This document shows, piece by piece, positions 1-12,190 of a stretch of 64,000 nucleotides of DNA. The position numbers were made by a program, and so were the translations under genes. This stretch comes from Octopus sinensis (taxonomy: Eukaryota): NCBI RefSeq assembly GCF_006345805.1, contig NC_043005.1, positions 40,796,001 through 40,860,000 of the forward strand. The letters run 5' to 3'. The number at the start of each line of letters is the position of its first letter. Within the stretch, counting starts at the first letter, position 1. The notes under the pieces were generated by a model. The model worked only from the letters and a program-made list of their open reading frames with translations, made no database searches and had not been told where the DNA came from.

Positions 1-487
1 AGTTAGAGGGATGCAGTTATGTTGTAAACCAGTCTTTTCCATCTTCCGTGACTGGGTGCCAAAGCTTAGGTCTTCTCTCATGATGTGTGTATGTGTATGT
101 TTGTGTAATTGACTGATGGAGAAATTGGAGCATTGCAATATTTGCACCAGCTAACAGTACTTGATTTTCAAATCCTGCCAAGTCCAACTTTATATTTAAT
201 CCCTTTTTGAGATCAATAAAATACCAGCCTTTACTAGTGCAGTGCTCTCTTCTTTTGCCAAGTCAAAAGTAGGAGAGTCAAGGGGATGTCTGTGTCTGCT
301 TGTGACTACCTGTTCCCATAATGCAATTAATGAAAGCCTACCAAGTGGTTAGCATTAGGAGGAGCATGCAGCTGTAAGAAACTGAACCAAACATTCTATG
401 GAACCTGGTGTGGCCAGTTCCTGTCAAACTTTCCAACCCATGTCAGCATGGAAAATGGACATTAAATGCTGTCGATGATATATATAT

Positions 488-851
488 CTCACCAAAAAAT
501 TCAGGACTTCTTTTCTTATCAGAATGATAAGAGTGAGTTTTCCAAGCTGCTGTACCTTCGTAATTACCATTAGACTCATCCAAATCTTCTCAACTTCTCT
601 GCACTGTCCTCAGATTGATACCCAAAACACTCTGAAATGTTTGTATTGGAGCTTCCAGTGCAAATGCCAAGCAATACAGCATGTTGTTTTCAAATTTCTG
701 GCAGGGTGAATTGTGTCATGGTGCTGTTTTTCTCACAGATGGTACCCAACTGATCCTACTATACTGTTTAGTCAATAAATCCAAAACAAACTATGTATAT
801 GCGCGAAATTAAAAATATAAAGTGGCAACAATTTACCCATTGCACCCTCTG
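488..851 (-). mobile_element. 5' fragment of a Tc1/mariner DNA transposon (TIR-like end plus decayed N-terminal HTH transposase region)
   Basis: The minus strand begins CAGAGGGTGCAATGGGTAAATTGTTGCC, a mariner-like terminus. One frame reads ...QSVLGINLRTVQRS*EDLDESNGNYEGTAAWKTHSYHSDKKRSPEFFGEI, resembling mariner N-terminal HTH regions. It has in-frame stops and is truncated at a (TA)n tract. Family call is from memory of similar transposases. Confidence 0.6.
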
Positions 852-968
852 TGTGTGTGGGTGGGTGTATAAAGAAATGATTAAGATTCAGTTGACTTAT
901 GTACTTAAATTGAGGCATGAAGTCAGTCTAGTATTATCCACAGAGCTCGAACTAAGGTGAATAAAAAC

Positions 969-1034
969 CAAATAAGTAACAAGGATGTCAAGGCATTAAG
1001 GTATTAATACCTTGACATCTTTGTCACTTATTTG
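969..1034. repeat. Isolated near-perfect hairpin (31-bp stem, 4-nt loop)
   Basis: 969-999 pairs with 1004-1034, with 3 non-Watson-Crick positions. On the minus strand two of these become G-U wobbles. Confidence 0.8.
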
Positions 1035-1069
<35 letters not shown>

Positions 1070-1349
1070 CACACACACATATGGTGGAGAAATTGAACAA
1101 AATGTCTAAATGGATGATGAATAAAGCACTGGTACATTTTTGATTACTTGTTGTTATCAGTAGATTTACTGCAGGACTTTGTAGTGGTGGTTGGGAGAGA
1201 TGGAATTTGTATAAGACTTGGATTTATGTCCAGTTATAACAGAAACAATTTTACATTAATCTGAAGGGTTACACAATACTTATGTAAAGAACAAATATAT
1301 TATGCTTAAACAAGGATATTATTGACCGAGACTTTGAAGTTTCAACCAG

Positions 1350-1380
<31 letters not shown>

Positions 1381-1981
1381 TCTGATGAGGATCAAAGAAT
1401 GAGCAGATAGGAACAGCAAGATAATCACCATAAATATGACAAACATCATTAACTGTAACATAATTAAACCCTAGCAAACTAAACCACAAACAGAGACAAA
1501 TCACAAGAATGGAAGATGGTTATGATAACACTGATTGATGGAATTTGTTTCAAAACATGTCTCAAAGACATCAGTTCTAACCAGAGAATACACAACAATA
1601 ACAAAATTACTAAAATAAAAAAAAAATTAAAAATGCCTTCTATTTGTCAAGAAAGTTCACAAGGTTTTCTATAGCACACATATTTAATCTTTTAGGATTC
1701 AGATTTTCAGATTAACCTTCACCAAAGGATTAAAAATAATCTCTTCTAATCTATGGTTGCTAAAAGTAGGTGTGTGTGTGAGTGTGTAAATGTTGCTGAG
1801 AAGTTGTGTGCCATATAGACTGTGAGGCAAACCAGGAAGCATAGCTTGTATTGGAAAATATTATATAACTACTCCTTGCTTATATATGTGATATATATGT
1901 ATATGACATATAATAAATATATATATATATATATACCCTCATCATTCAACCTCTGTGTTCCATGCAAGCAAGGGTGCAACT

Positions 1982-2065
<84 letters not shown>

Positions 2066-2067
<2 letters not shown>

Positions 2068-2464
2068 TGCAGGAGTGCCTGTGTGGTATGTAGCCTGCTT
2101 ACTAACTACATGGTTTTGGGTTCAGTCCCACTGCCTGGTGCCTTGGGTAAGCGTCTTCTACTATAACCTCGAGCTGACCAAAGCCTTGTAAGAGGATTTG
2201 GTAGACAGAAACTGAAAGAAGCCCATCGTATATACATATATGTGTGTGTGTGTGTGTGTGTGCGTGTGTGTGCATGTGTTTGTCACCCCACCATTGCTTG
2301 AAAACCAATGCGGGTGTGTTTATGTCCACGTAAGTTAGTGATTCGGCAAAGAGACCAAAAGGGAAAGTACTAGGCTTACAAAGAATAAGCCATGGGGTCG
2401 ATTTGCTCGACTAAAGGCAGTGCTCCAGCATGGCCACAGTCAAATGACTGAAACAAATAAAGGA
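2066..2464 (+). mobile_element. tRNA-derived SINE (family A; GGTGCAGGAGTG... head, internal (TG)n)
   Basis: Pol III A-box-like (TGTGTGGTATG) and B-box-like (GGTTCAGTCC) head. The same family recurs at 4321, 21255, 24680, 36915 and 57468. Confidence 0.75.
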
Positions 2465-2498
2465 ATATATATATATCAAATATGTATATATATATATA

Positions 2499-4289
2499 TC
2501 ATCATCATCATCATTTAACGTCCGCTTTCCATGCTAGCATGGGTTGGACGGTTCAACTGGGGTCTGGGAGCCCGAAAGCTGCACCAGTCCAGTCAGATCT
2601 GGCAGTGTTTCTACAGCTGGATGCCCTTCCTAACGCCAACCACTCCGAGAGTGTAGTGGGTGATTTTATGTGCCACCGACACAGGTGCCAGACGAGGCTG
2701 GCAAACGGCCACGCTCGGATGGTGTTTTTATGTGCCACCGACACAGGTGCCAGACGAGGCTGGCAGACGGCCACGCTCGGATGGTGTTTTTATGTGCCAC
2801 CGACACAGGTGCCAGACGAGGCTGGCAGACGGCCACGCTCGGATGGTGTTTTTATGTGCCACCGACACAGGTGCCAGACGAGGCTGGCAGACGGCCACGC
2901 TCGGATGGTGTTTTTATGTGCCACCGACACAGGTGCCAGACGAGGCTGGCAGACGGCCACGCTCGGATGGTGTTTTTATGTGCCACCGACACAGGTGCCA
3001 GATGAGGCTGGCAAACGGCCACGATCGGATGGTGCTTGTTACGTGCCCACAGCACGGAGGCCAGTCGATGCGGTACTGGCTACGGCCACGTTCGGATGGT
3101 TTTCTTATGTGCCACGTGCCACCGGCACTGGTACCACAAAGATACAAATTCCATTGATGTTCATCTATTTTGATTTGTTTTGATTTTCACTTGCCTCAAC
3201 AGGTCTTCACAAGTGTCACAAGAAGGAAGGTATGCACAGGTGGACTGACTACGTCCCAGGTAGGGGCCATGGGTTATGGCCTGACTAGTCTTGCCGGGTC
3301 TTCGGATGGTGTTTTTATGTGCCACCGACACAGGTGCTAGATGAGGCTGGCGAACGGCCACGATCGGATGGTGTTTGTCATGTGCCCACAGCACGGAGGC
3401 CAGTCGATGCGGTACTGGCTACGGCCACTTTCGGATGGTTTTCTCTTGTGTGCCACCGGCACTGGTACCACAAAGATACAAATTCCATGGATGTTCATCT
3501 ATTTTGATTTGTTTTGATTGATTTTGATTTTCACTTGCCTCAACAGGCCTTCACAAGTATCACAAGGAGGAAGGTATGCACAGGTGGACTGACTACGTCC
3601 CAGGTAGGGGCCATGGTTTATGGCCTGACTAGTCTTGCCGGGTCTTCGGAAGGTGTTTTTTTGTGCCACCGACACAGGTGCTAGATGAGGCTGGCGAACG
3701 GCCACGACCGGATGGTGTTTGTTATGTGCCCACAGCACGATGGCCAGTGATGCGGTAATGACTACGGCCATGTTCGGATGGATTCTTGTGTGCCACCGCA
3801 CTGGTACCACAAGCGGTACTGACTACTTTTTATGTGCCACCGACACAGGTGCTAGATGAGGCTGGCGAACGGCCACGACCGGATGGTGTTTGTTATGTGC
3901 CCACAGCACGATGGCGAGTGATGCGGTACTGACTACGGCCACGTTTGGATGGATTCTTGTGTGCCACCGGCACTGGTACCACAAGCGGTACTGACTACGG
4001 CCACGTTCGGACGGATTCTTGTGTGCCACCGGCACTGGTACCACAAGCGGTACTGACTACGGCCACGTTCGGATGGATTCTTGTGTGCCACCGGCACTGG
4101 TACCACAAGGATACAAATTCCATTGATGTTCATCTATTTTGATTTGTTTTGATTTGATTTTGATTTTCACTTGCCTCAGCAGGTCTTCACAAGTGTCACA
4201 AGAAGGAAGGTATGTACAGGTGGACTGACTACGTCCCAGGTAGGGCCCACGGGTTATGACCTGACTAGTCTTGCCGGGTCTTCGGATAA
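2499..4289 (-). mobile_element. Composite retroposon copy 1: (GAT)n-tailed RTE/SINE-type 3' end plus VNTR and higher-order internal repeats
   Basis: The plus strand reads (CAT)n-TTAACGTCCGCTTTCCATGCTAGCATGGGTTGG, the reverse complement of a common LINE/SINE tail. This is followed by 62-bp tandem units and repeated blocks containing GTACCACAAAGATACAAATTCC. The same architecture occurs at 4740 and 51757. Confidence 0.7.
2668..3040. repeat. 62-bp minisatellite, 6 near-identical units
   Basis: Unit ATGTGCCACCGACACAGGTGCCAGACGAGGCTGGCAGACGGCCACGCTCGGATGGTGTTTTT starts at 2668, 2730, 2792, 2854, 2916 and 2978. Confidence 0.95.
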
Positions 4290-4320
4290 CATATATATAT
4301 AATATATATATATATATATA

Positions 4321-4708
4321 GGTGCAGGAGTGCCTGTGTGGTATGTAGCCTGCTTACTAACTACATGGTTTTGGGTTCAGTCCCACTGCCTGGTGCCTTG
4401 GGTAAGCGTCTTCTACTATAACCTCGAGCTGACCAAAGCCTTGTAAGAGGATTTGGTAGACAGAAACTGAAAGAAGCCCATCGTATATACATATATGTGT
4501 GTGTGTGTGTGTGTGCGTGTGTTTGTCACCCCCACCATTGCTTGAAAACCAATGCGGGTGTGTTTATGTCCACGTAAGTTAGTGATTCGGCAAAGAGACC
4601 AAAAGGGAAAGTACTAGGCTTACAAAGAATAAGCCATGGGGTCGATTTGCTCGACTAAAGGCAGTGCTCCAGCATGGCCACAGTCAAATGACTGAAACAA
4701 ATAAAGGA
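4321..4708 (+). mobile_element. tRNA-derived SINE family A (duplicate of 2066-2464)
   Basis: Near-identical to 2066-2464 except for (TG)n length. Confidence 0.75.
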
Positions 4709-4739
4709 ATATATATATATCAAATATGTATATATATAT

Positions 4740-6532
4740 ATCATCATCATCATCATTTAACGTCCGCTTTCCATGCTAGCATGGGTTGGACGGTTCAACT
4801 GGGGTCTGGGGAGCCCGAAAGCTGCACCAGTCCAGTCAGATCTGGCAGTGTTTCTACAGCTGGATGCCCTTCCTAACGCCAACCACTCCGAGAGTGTAGT
4901 GGGTGATTTTATGTGCCACGACACAGGTGCCAGACGAGGCTGGCAAACGGCCACGCTCGGATGGTGTTTTTATGTGCCACCGACACAGGTGCCAGACGAG
5001 GCTGGCAGACGGCACGCTCGGATGGTGTTTTTATGTGCCACCGACACAGGTGCCAGACGAGGCTGGCAGACGGCCACGCTCGGATGGTGTTTTTTATGTG
5101 CCACCGACACAGGTGCCAGACGAGGCTGGCAGACGGCACGCTCGGATGGTGTTTTCTATGTGCCACCGACACAGGTGCCAGACGAGGCTGGCAGACGGCC
5201 ACGCTCGGATGGTGTTTTTATGTGCCACCGACACAGGTGCCAGATGAGGCTGGCAAACGGCCACGATCGGATGGTGCTTGTTACGTGCCCACAGCACGGA
5301 GGCCAGTCGATGCGGTACTGGCTACGGCCACGTTCGGATGGTTTTCTTATGTGCCACGTGCCACCGGCACTGGTACCACAAAGATACAAATTCCATTGAT
5401 GTTCATCTATTTTGATTTGTTTTGATTTTCACTTGCCTCAACAGGTCTTCACAAGTGTCACAAGAAGGAAGGTATGCACAGGTGGACTGACTACGTCCCA
5501 GGTAGGGGCCATGGGTTATGGCCTGACTAGTCTTGCCGGGTCTTCGGATGGTGTTTTTATGTGCCACCGACACAGGTGCTAGATGAGGCTGGCGAACGGC
5601 CACGATCGGATGGTGTTTGTCATGTGCCCACAGCACGGAGGCCAGTCGATGCGGTACTGGCTACGGCCACTTTCGGATGGTTTTCTCTTGTGTGCCACCG
5701 GCACTGGTACCACAAAGATACAAATTCCATGGATGTTCATCTATTTTGATTGTTTTGATTTGATTTTGATTTTCACTTGCCTCAACAGGCCTTCACAAGT
5801 ATCACAAGGAGGAAGGTATGCACAGGTGGACTGACTACGTCCCAGGTAGGGGCCATGGTTTATGGCCTGACTAGTCTTGCCGGGTCTTCGGAAGGTGTTT
5901 TTTATGTGCCACCGACACAGGTGCTAGATGAGGCTGGCGAACGGCCACGACCGGATGGTGTTTGTTATGTGCCCACAGCACGATGGCCAGTGATGCGGTA
6001 ATGACTACGGCCATGTTCGGATGGATTCTTGTGTGCCACCGGCACTGGTACCACAAGCGGTACTGACTACTTTTTATGTGCCACCGACACAGGTGCTAGA
6101 TGAGGCTGGCGAACGGCCACGACCGGATGGTGTTTGTTATGTGCCCACAGCACGATGGCGAGTGATGCGGTACTGACTACGGCCACGTTTGGATGGATTC
6201 TTGTGTGCCACCGGCACTGGTACCACAAGCGGTACTGACTACGGCCACGTTCGGACGGATTCTTGTGTGCCACCGGCACTGGTACCACAAGCGGTACTGA
6301 CTACGGCCACGTTCGGATGGATTCTTGTGTGCCACCGGCACTGGTACCACAAGGATACAAATTCCATTGATGTTCATCTATTTTGATTGTTTTGATTTGA
6401 TTTTGATTTTCACTTGCCTCAGCAGGTCTTCACAAGTGTCACAAGAAGGAAGGTATGTACAGGTGGACTGACTACGTCCCAGGTAGGGCCCACGGGTTAT
6501 GACCTGACTAGTCTTGCCGGGTCTTCGGATAA
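4740..6532 (-). mobile_element. Composite retroposon copy 2 (SINE tail plus 61-63-bp VNTR x6 plus higher-order repeats)
   Basis: Near-identical to copy 1. VNTR units start at 4911, 4972, 5033, 5096, 5158 and 5220. Confidence 0.7.
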
Positions 6533-6635
6533 ACATATATATATATATATTTGGCATCAGGAAGGGCATCCGGCCGTAGAAAGCTTGCCACACGCTTAGC
6601 GCTGCGTATATGTGCATATACATATATATAAAATA

Positions 6636-7935
6636 TATCATCATTGTTTAACATCTGTTTTCCATGCTGGCATCAGTTGGACGGTTTGACTAGAGACTGA
6701 CAAGCCAGGAGGCTACGCTAGGCTCTTATCTGATCTGGGAATGTTTCTGCAGCTGGATGCCCTTCCTAAAGTCAACCGCTCCAAGAGTGTAGTGGGGGCT
6801 TTTTACATGCCACCGGCATGGGAGGCAGTCAAGTCTTTGGTTGGCCCAAGGCTACAGAAGAAAACACATGCTCAAGGTGCCACACAATGCAACTGAAACC
6901 ATAACCATGTGGTTGGGAAGCAAACTTCTTACCACACCACTACGCCTTCATTACATTTGCTTCATTGCTGGTGCCACGTAAAAAAGCACAGGTGCAGGTG
7001 CAAAGTAAAAAGCAGCCAGTACACTTTGTAAAGTGGTTGGCATTAGGAAGGACATCCAGCCTAGAAACTATGCCAAAACAAACAAGAGGAGCCTGGTGCA
7101 GTTCGTCAGCTTGCTAGCTCCTGTCAACCTGTCCAACCCATGCCAGCATGGAAAATGGAGTGAATCACATTTATGTTCTTTACTTGTTTATTTGCAACAG
7201 ATAGGGGTCCAGGTTCTATTTCTAATTGTTTTGTGACTGCCAAATATTCCTGCTACTACATCCATATACATATGTATATGGATGCAGCTACATTCATCAT
7301 CATCATCATCATTTAACATCCACTCTCCATGCCAGCATGGGTCAGACGGTTTCACTGGAACTGATGAACCAGAGAGCTGCACCAGGTCCTGGTCTGATTT
7401 GGTATGTTTTCTACAGCAGGATACCCTTCATAGCGCCAACCCCTCCAGGCATGTAATGGCACCATCGATGACCATAACTACGATACACAAGTGCCATTTA
7501 CATGGCACCTTCAACAACCATGATTACAATGCATGGGTGTCATTTACATGGCACTGGCAACAAACAATTATGACTATGATTCACGGGTGCCATTTATATG
7601 GCACATTCATGCTCTTGTTACTGGCTTGTACATGTGCCTTGTGTGTGCTTCATCATCATCGTTTAATGCCCGCTTTCTATGGATGATTTGACTGAGGACT
7701 GGCGAACCAGATGGCTGCACCAGGCTCCAATTTGATCTGGCAGAGTTTCTACAGCTGGATGCCCTTCCTAATGCCAACCACTCCGAGAGTGTAGTGGGTG
7801 CTTTTACGTGCCACCACCAGTCATGCGGTACTGGCAACGGTCACGCACAAATGGTATTTTTTACATGCCACCTGCACAGGAGCCAGTCCAGAGGCACTGG
7901 CAATGACCTCGCTCAAATGTTTTTTCATGTGCAAG
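6636..7935. mobile_element. Cluster of degenerate SINE/LINE-tail fragments
   Basis: Repeated (CAT)n-TTTAA...CCATGC...GCTGGATGCCCTTCC blocks at about 6640, 7295 and 7655, plus plus-strand pieces at about 6960-7160. Confidence 0.55.
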
Positions 7936-8854
7936 TAAGGCAATATATGTATATGAACATTCACTTTGTATCCAAGTATGTGAACATCCTGTTGTGTTTT
8001 AATTATTTCTGTTCACTTTGCCCTTCCCCTACTTCTAATCCCTTTCATTTTTCAAAGCTCATCATGCCTCTTTCCCACTACTGCCAACCCCTTTTCAACA
8101 AACTTGCTTCTTGCAACTAACTTATGCCACTCCTTCCCTTATGGAGAGAGTGAAACAGTGTAATAATGGGTGAAGACTTGTTCATAAACTTTATAAGTTC
8201 CTTATTTAGGAGATCTGAATCATGTCTGTGAATGTGTATCAGTTTCCCTGGTTTATACACAATACTCTTAGACAGGTCACAAATGTACTTTGTAAAGTAT
8301 AGTAGCTGTTTAAAGATAAAGTAATTTCCAGCCTTGATGAGGAGATCTAACATTTGAGAAACAGCAAGGCCTATATTCTATTGCAAGTTTGAGGCTTTCA
8401 GTTGTGTGGTGTTTGAGTTAGGAGAGTGTAAGTTTGCAAACTGGTTTCCTTAATAAGTGTAGTGAGTGTTTTTTTTTTTTTCTGTTCTCTTGATGGTAGT
8501 TATGTTGCCATATCCTGCTTATAAGAAAGAAAAGTATGGTTGGTTAGAGATCAGATAGGAAGAGGGAGAAAATTGAGGAAATAACACTAGGTTAATAGAA
8601 TGTAGGTCAGAGAGAGTTCCAATGCTACAGTATGTGAGTTTGTTTAGGTGTTTTGTTGGACAAATATATGGAAAGAGTTGTGTATAAAAGTGCATCTTTA
8701 TTATGTGGCTATATAAACATACAATTAAATTATGGGTCTAGCTGCAGGAAGTATAACATGATACAAAGGCTGAAAGAATAAAGAAATGAAATGCTCAGTA
8801 CTATATGTGCGTGTGTTATATACTGATAAAATGGTTTCAAAATCAGTTTACAGA

Positions 8855-8864
8855 CAAAGGATAT
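8855..8864 (-). other. U12-type (minor spliceosome) AT-AC 5' splice site ATATCCTTTG
   Basis: It immediately follows ...GAA ACG ATA G on the minus strand and matches the U12 donor consensus RTATCCTT. STX6 similarity stops at this point. Confidence 0.85.
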
Positions 8865-9034
8865 CTATCGTTTCTTCCAGGTCTTCAAGGTCCCATTCAA
8901 TACTACGAAGGCTGTTGCGCAGTTCATTGGTTGTCCAATCGAGTTCCTCCTTTGTAATGGAGCCAAGATCTTCCTGCAGCTCACACCATCTCATGTATAA
9001 ACCCTGTGCAGTGTGAACTGCTTTCTGCACTTCA
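8865..9034 (-). CDS. STX6: Syntaxin-6 internal coding exon (N-terminal Habc region; equivalent to exon 2)
   Basis: Acceptor TTTTACCTTGTCATTGCAG|T. Translation [56 protein letters not shown] closely matches syntaxin-6 (human EVQKAVNTAQGLFQRW...[25 protein letters not shown], recalled). The exon is 170 nt, phase 2 to phase 1. Other exons were not found. Confidence 0.92.
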
Positions 9035-11429
9035 CTGCAATGACAAGGTAAAAGAAATTCAAAATTAGATTAGTTTATAAATGTTTAATGATACATGTCA
9101 TTTAGTCTATTTAAAAAGAAATCTATCAATCCATAGGTATAAAGCATACAGAACAAATACATACACTATTCAACTTTAATTTTCAGGATCAAACTAATGA
9201 TATTCTAAAATGATAACCAATTATAATGTAATAAAAACTCATTCAACAACATAAAGAACCTAACTACTCAGTTTTTAGTTCTATGAATCACCACTGAATT
9301 GGTTAATCATTTGGTTTCTCCAATGCTAATTCCTCTTCAGATGTATTAAGTGTAAGTAAATAAACTTGTTCAAGTTGTCTTTCCTGATCCTTTCCCCTCC
9401 TTAGGAAGATTTGTGCATAGAAGTACAGCAAAGTAAAATCGAATCTTGGGCAAAACTAGTGAAAGCTAGTTAGTAAAATAGGTTTAATTCCTTATTAAAT
9501 CATTTCACATATTCTGTATTTTAAATAGCCTGGAGAAGGATAGACTCTGCCAGCAGGCGAACTTGGCTATGACATATAACATTAAGGCAAAGCCTTTAAT
9601 AGTAATCCAGCATTTCCATGTATATGTGTGTCCAGAGAGAGAGAGAGAGAGAGAGAGAACGAGAGAGAGAGAGTAAAAGCACATAAAATAAGTACTGTTC
9701 CGCAAACAAGCCTCAGCTTATCTTATACGTTAATATAAACACAATGAGAATTGGAGCCTGAAGGGAAAGAAGTAGATATATTTAGATAGAGATTGTCTCT
9801 TGACATGTGTTGTGAGCAGAAAGTAAAGAGGAGCTTTAAAACATCAGCCAATATCACCACCATAAAGGGATCAAATATATAAAATCTGAAAGTTCTAGCA
9901 TGATAGGTTAAATGCAGAAAAGAAATACATAGTAAAATTGGAGTATATAGGATAATGGTTTAATAATGTTATTGAGGCTAAAGTTAGAAAATATGACAGA
10001 TTCTGTGATTTCAATATGTGACCTATAAATAAATTTACTAGTGGAGTGTGTTGAGTGTTGCAGATAGGTTAATCACGTTGCATGACTGAGTATGTATCAC
10101 ATTGAGAATCAAAGACACTTTCACATTAGATGACTGGGTATATAATAAGTAGAGTCAGTAAGTGTTAAATAAATAAATACAGAGGTCTATAGATTTAGGC
10201 ATACAGGTCAAGGACTGACAGGTTATGTCTGCATTTATGAACTTGTATATTTCATGATTTGTCATGGTGCACACATGTATGTTATGGTGTACATATGTGT
10301 CCTGTTGTGTTTTGTCAAAGATAGCATCAAACTGAATATTTAAATGTATAATATGTGAGAGTTGATAAGTCTTTTGGGTAAAGTCCTATGTCTAAACGTA
10401 AGACTGTGTGTTTATAGCAAATATTTGACTGGGCCATTTTTTCCTTTTCTTATCAATGTCTATATGTGTGATTTTGTATATCTGTGTATTTGTATGCATC
10501 ATAGTGTGTGCGTGTGTGTGCATGCATGCATATGTGTGTGTGTGTTGTGATGGGTCTCACTTTGAAAAAGATGATTTCACTGTTAATAATGACAAAATAG
10601 AAGAGTGGAGAGCAATAACAAAATGATTCGAAATCTCAATGTTTCACAAGCAAATAGTTAAGAAGAGAGGGTGAGTGCTAGAATTGTATCAATCACCAGC
10701 CTCATTAATTAGTCAACACATGCTGTACCAATGAACAAAACCTAATGTTTCCTTACAGATTAGAAAGTGTTTAAGAAGTCTAATGATAGTTCCAAACTTT
10801 CAGCAGGAAACACTAGTTTGCATCAGTGAAACAGTAAATCAACTGGCAAGTGAGTTAGTGTAGTTGCTTGCCGGCTGATGTCATAGGTTACTGAAGTATT
10901 TTATGAAATATGGAGTAATGTAGTGATGCGGTTTAGCCAGTCAACTCCATCAAAATTATCTTTGCTTTTTCTCCCCAAAAGACTCTTAAAACTAAATGTA
11001 GTATTCTCAAAAGTCAGCTGGGTGTGATTAGAATTGAATATGGCTGCTAACCTAAGCAGATCAAATAACCATGAAGAAATTCCATCTTTGGCTCTAGTTG
11101 TATGTAATGTATAGTAGTGCTTGGGAAGGCTTCAGCATTTTCCAGCATTAAATAGATTTTATATTTGAAGACCACAATATAATCTTAAGATTTTCAGGCC
11201 AACTATTTAATTCTTTACTCTCATAGAAGGTCTGTATTTCTAGACCTGGAAACATGAGATGGTCAGAACGTTACAGAACAATTAAGCATATTTTAAGGAT
11301 AAGATAGACTGTTGATAGAGCTCAGCCTCAGTTATTAACCCCAAAACTTGCATATAAGCGAATGGTAATCAGTCATCTTTTTTTGGCAGCATTTATCAGT
11401 TGACAGATATTTATACCAAAGATAGAAGA

Positions 11430-12000
11430 TATTTGGTTAGGATATTCAAAAGACAGTGCAGCAGTATGGTTACAGTTGAACAATTGAAACTATCAAAGAG
11501 AAAGTTCAAAGAAGTATGTGTGAAACACATGTGAAAGAGGTAAACATATGGGGCAAAGGAGAGAAGCCACCATATCTGCAAACTGAGCAAGGTAGGTTAC
11601 ATGGTAGTGGAATGGTACAGTATATCGAACCGTATAAGGTAAGAAAGAGAGCTAGAATGGTGGAAGAAAGGGGAGAGCAAGGAGGAATATCAGTAGCAAG
11701 AAAAGAAACCAGATGTCAGGTATACTTAGCAAGAAGAGAAGCTGAAAGTAAGAGGTTTACCAATGTTCTGTGACATGAGGGTCAGAAGCATGATGTATTC
11801 CAGATTGAAAAGTACTGTGTCAAAATGAATTAGGGTGTTGAAAGTGAAAACTATTAATTCTCACTGATACCAAGATGAAAAAGGCATAAAAATGCTATCA
11901 TGAGACATTGCTAAATGGAAAGAATATATGGTGGGAGGGGGACTACTTCAAGTAAACCCTACAGAGAGAGACCATTATCAAAATTAACAGCTAAAATGAT
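11430..12000 (+). mobile_element. Decayed RTE-clade LINE ORF fragment
   Basis: Reads ...VARKETRCQVYLARREAESKRFTNVL*HEGQKHDVFQIEKYCV..., resembling the region between endonuclease and RT in RTE LINEs. Contains multiple stops. Confidence 0.55.
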
Positions 12001-12190
12001 GAAATAAATACACCCTACCACACACAGATACTTCTACACATATATGCGTGCATGAGTGTGGGCATAATTTTCATTTTATACATGTGCGTGTCTCATTGGT
12101 TTTGCATCAGTTTTTCAATTTCCCAAACTACACAGAAAACTCATTTCACTTCAAATTAAGTATATCCTAATCAATTCTGCAGTTATTTAC

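Larger units (their letters stand above)
2066..6532. repeat. ~2.25-kb direct tandem duplication (unit 1 2066-4290, unit 2 4321-6532)
   Basis: Both units start GGTGCAGGAGTGCC and end CTTCGGATAA. Junctions lie in (TA)n tracts. The differences are mostly single-base indels. Confidence 0.92.

Noticed and set aside
1625-1720. NPKRLN...KAFL on the minus strand as STX6 exon 3
   Set aside because: There is an in-frame stop, the spacing is wrong, and there is no U12 branch point or acceptor.
2668-3040. CRISPR-like regularly repeated array (also 4911-5280 and 51941-52250)
   Set aside because: The units are contiguous with no unique spacers, there are no cas genes and the context is eukaryotic. It is a VNTR.
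2482-6386. Long Cys/His/Arg-rich ORFs (up to 233 aa) in the ORF track
   Set aside because: They are translations of the VNTR and SINE in several overlapping frames on both strands, and the frames differ between near-identical copies.
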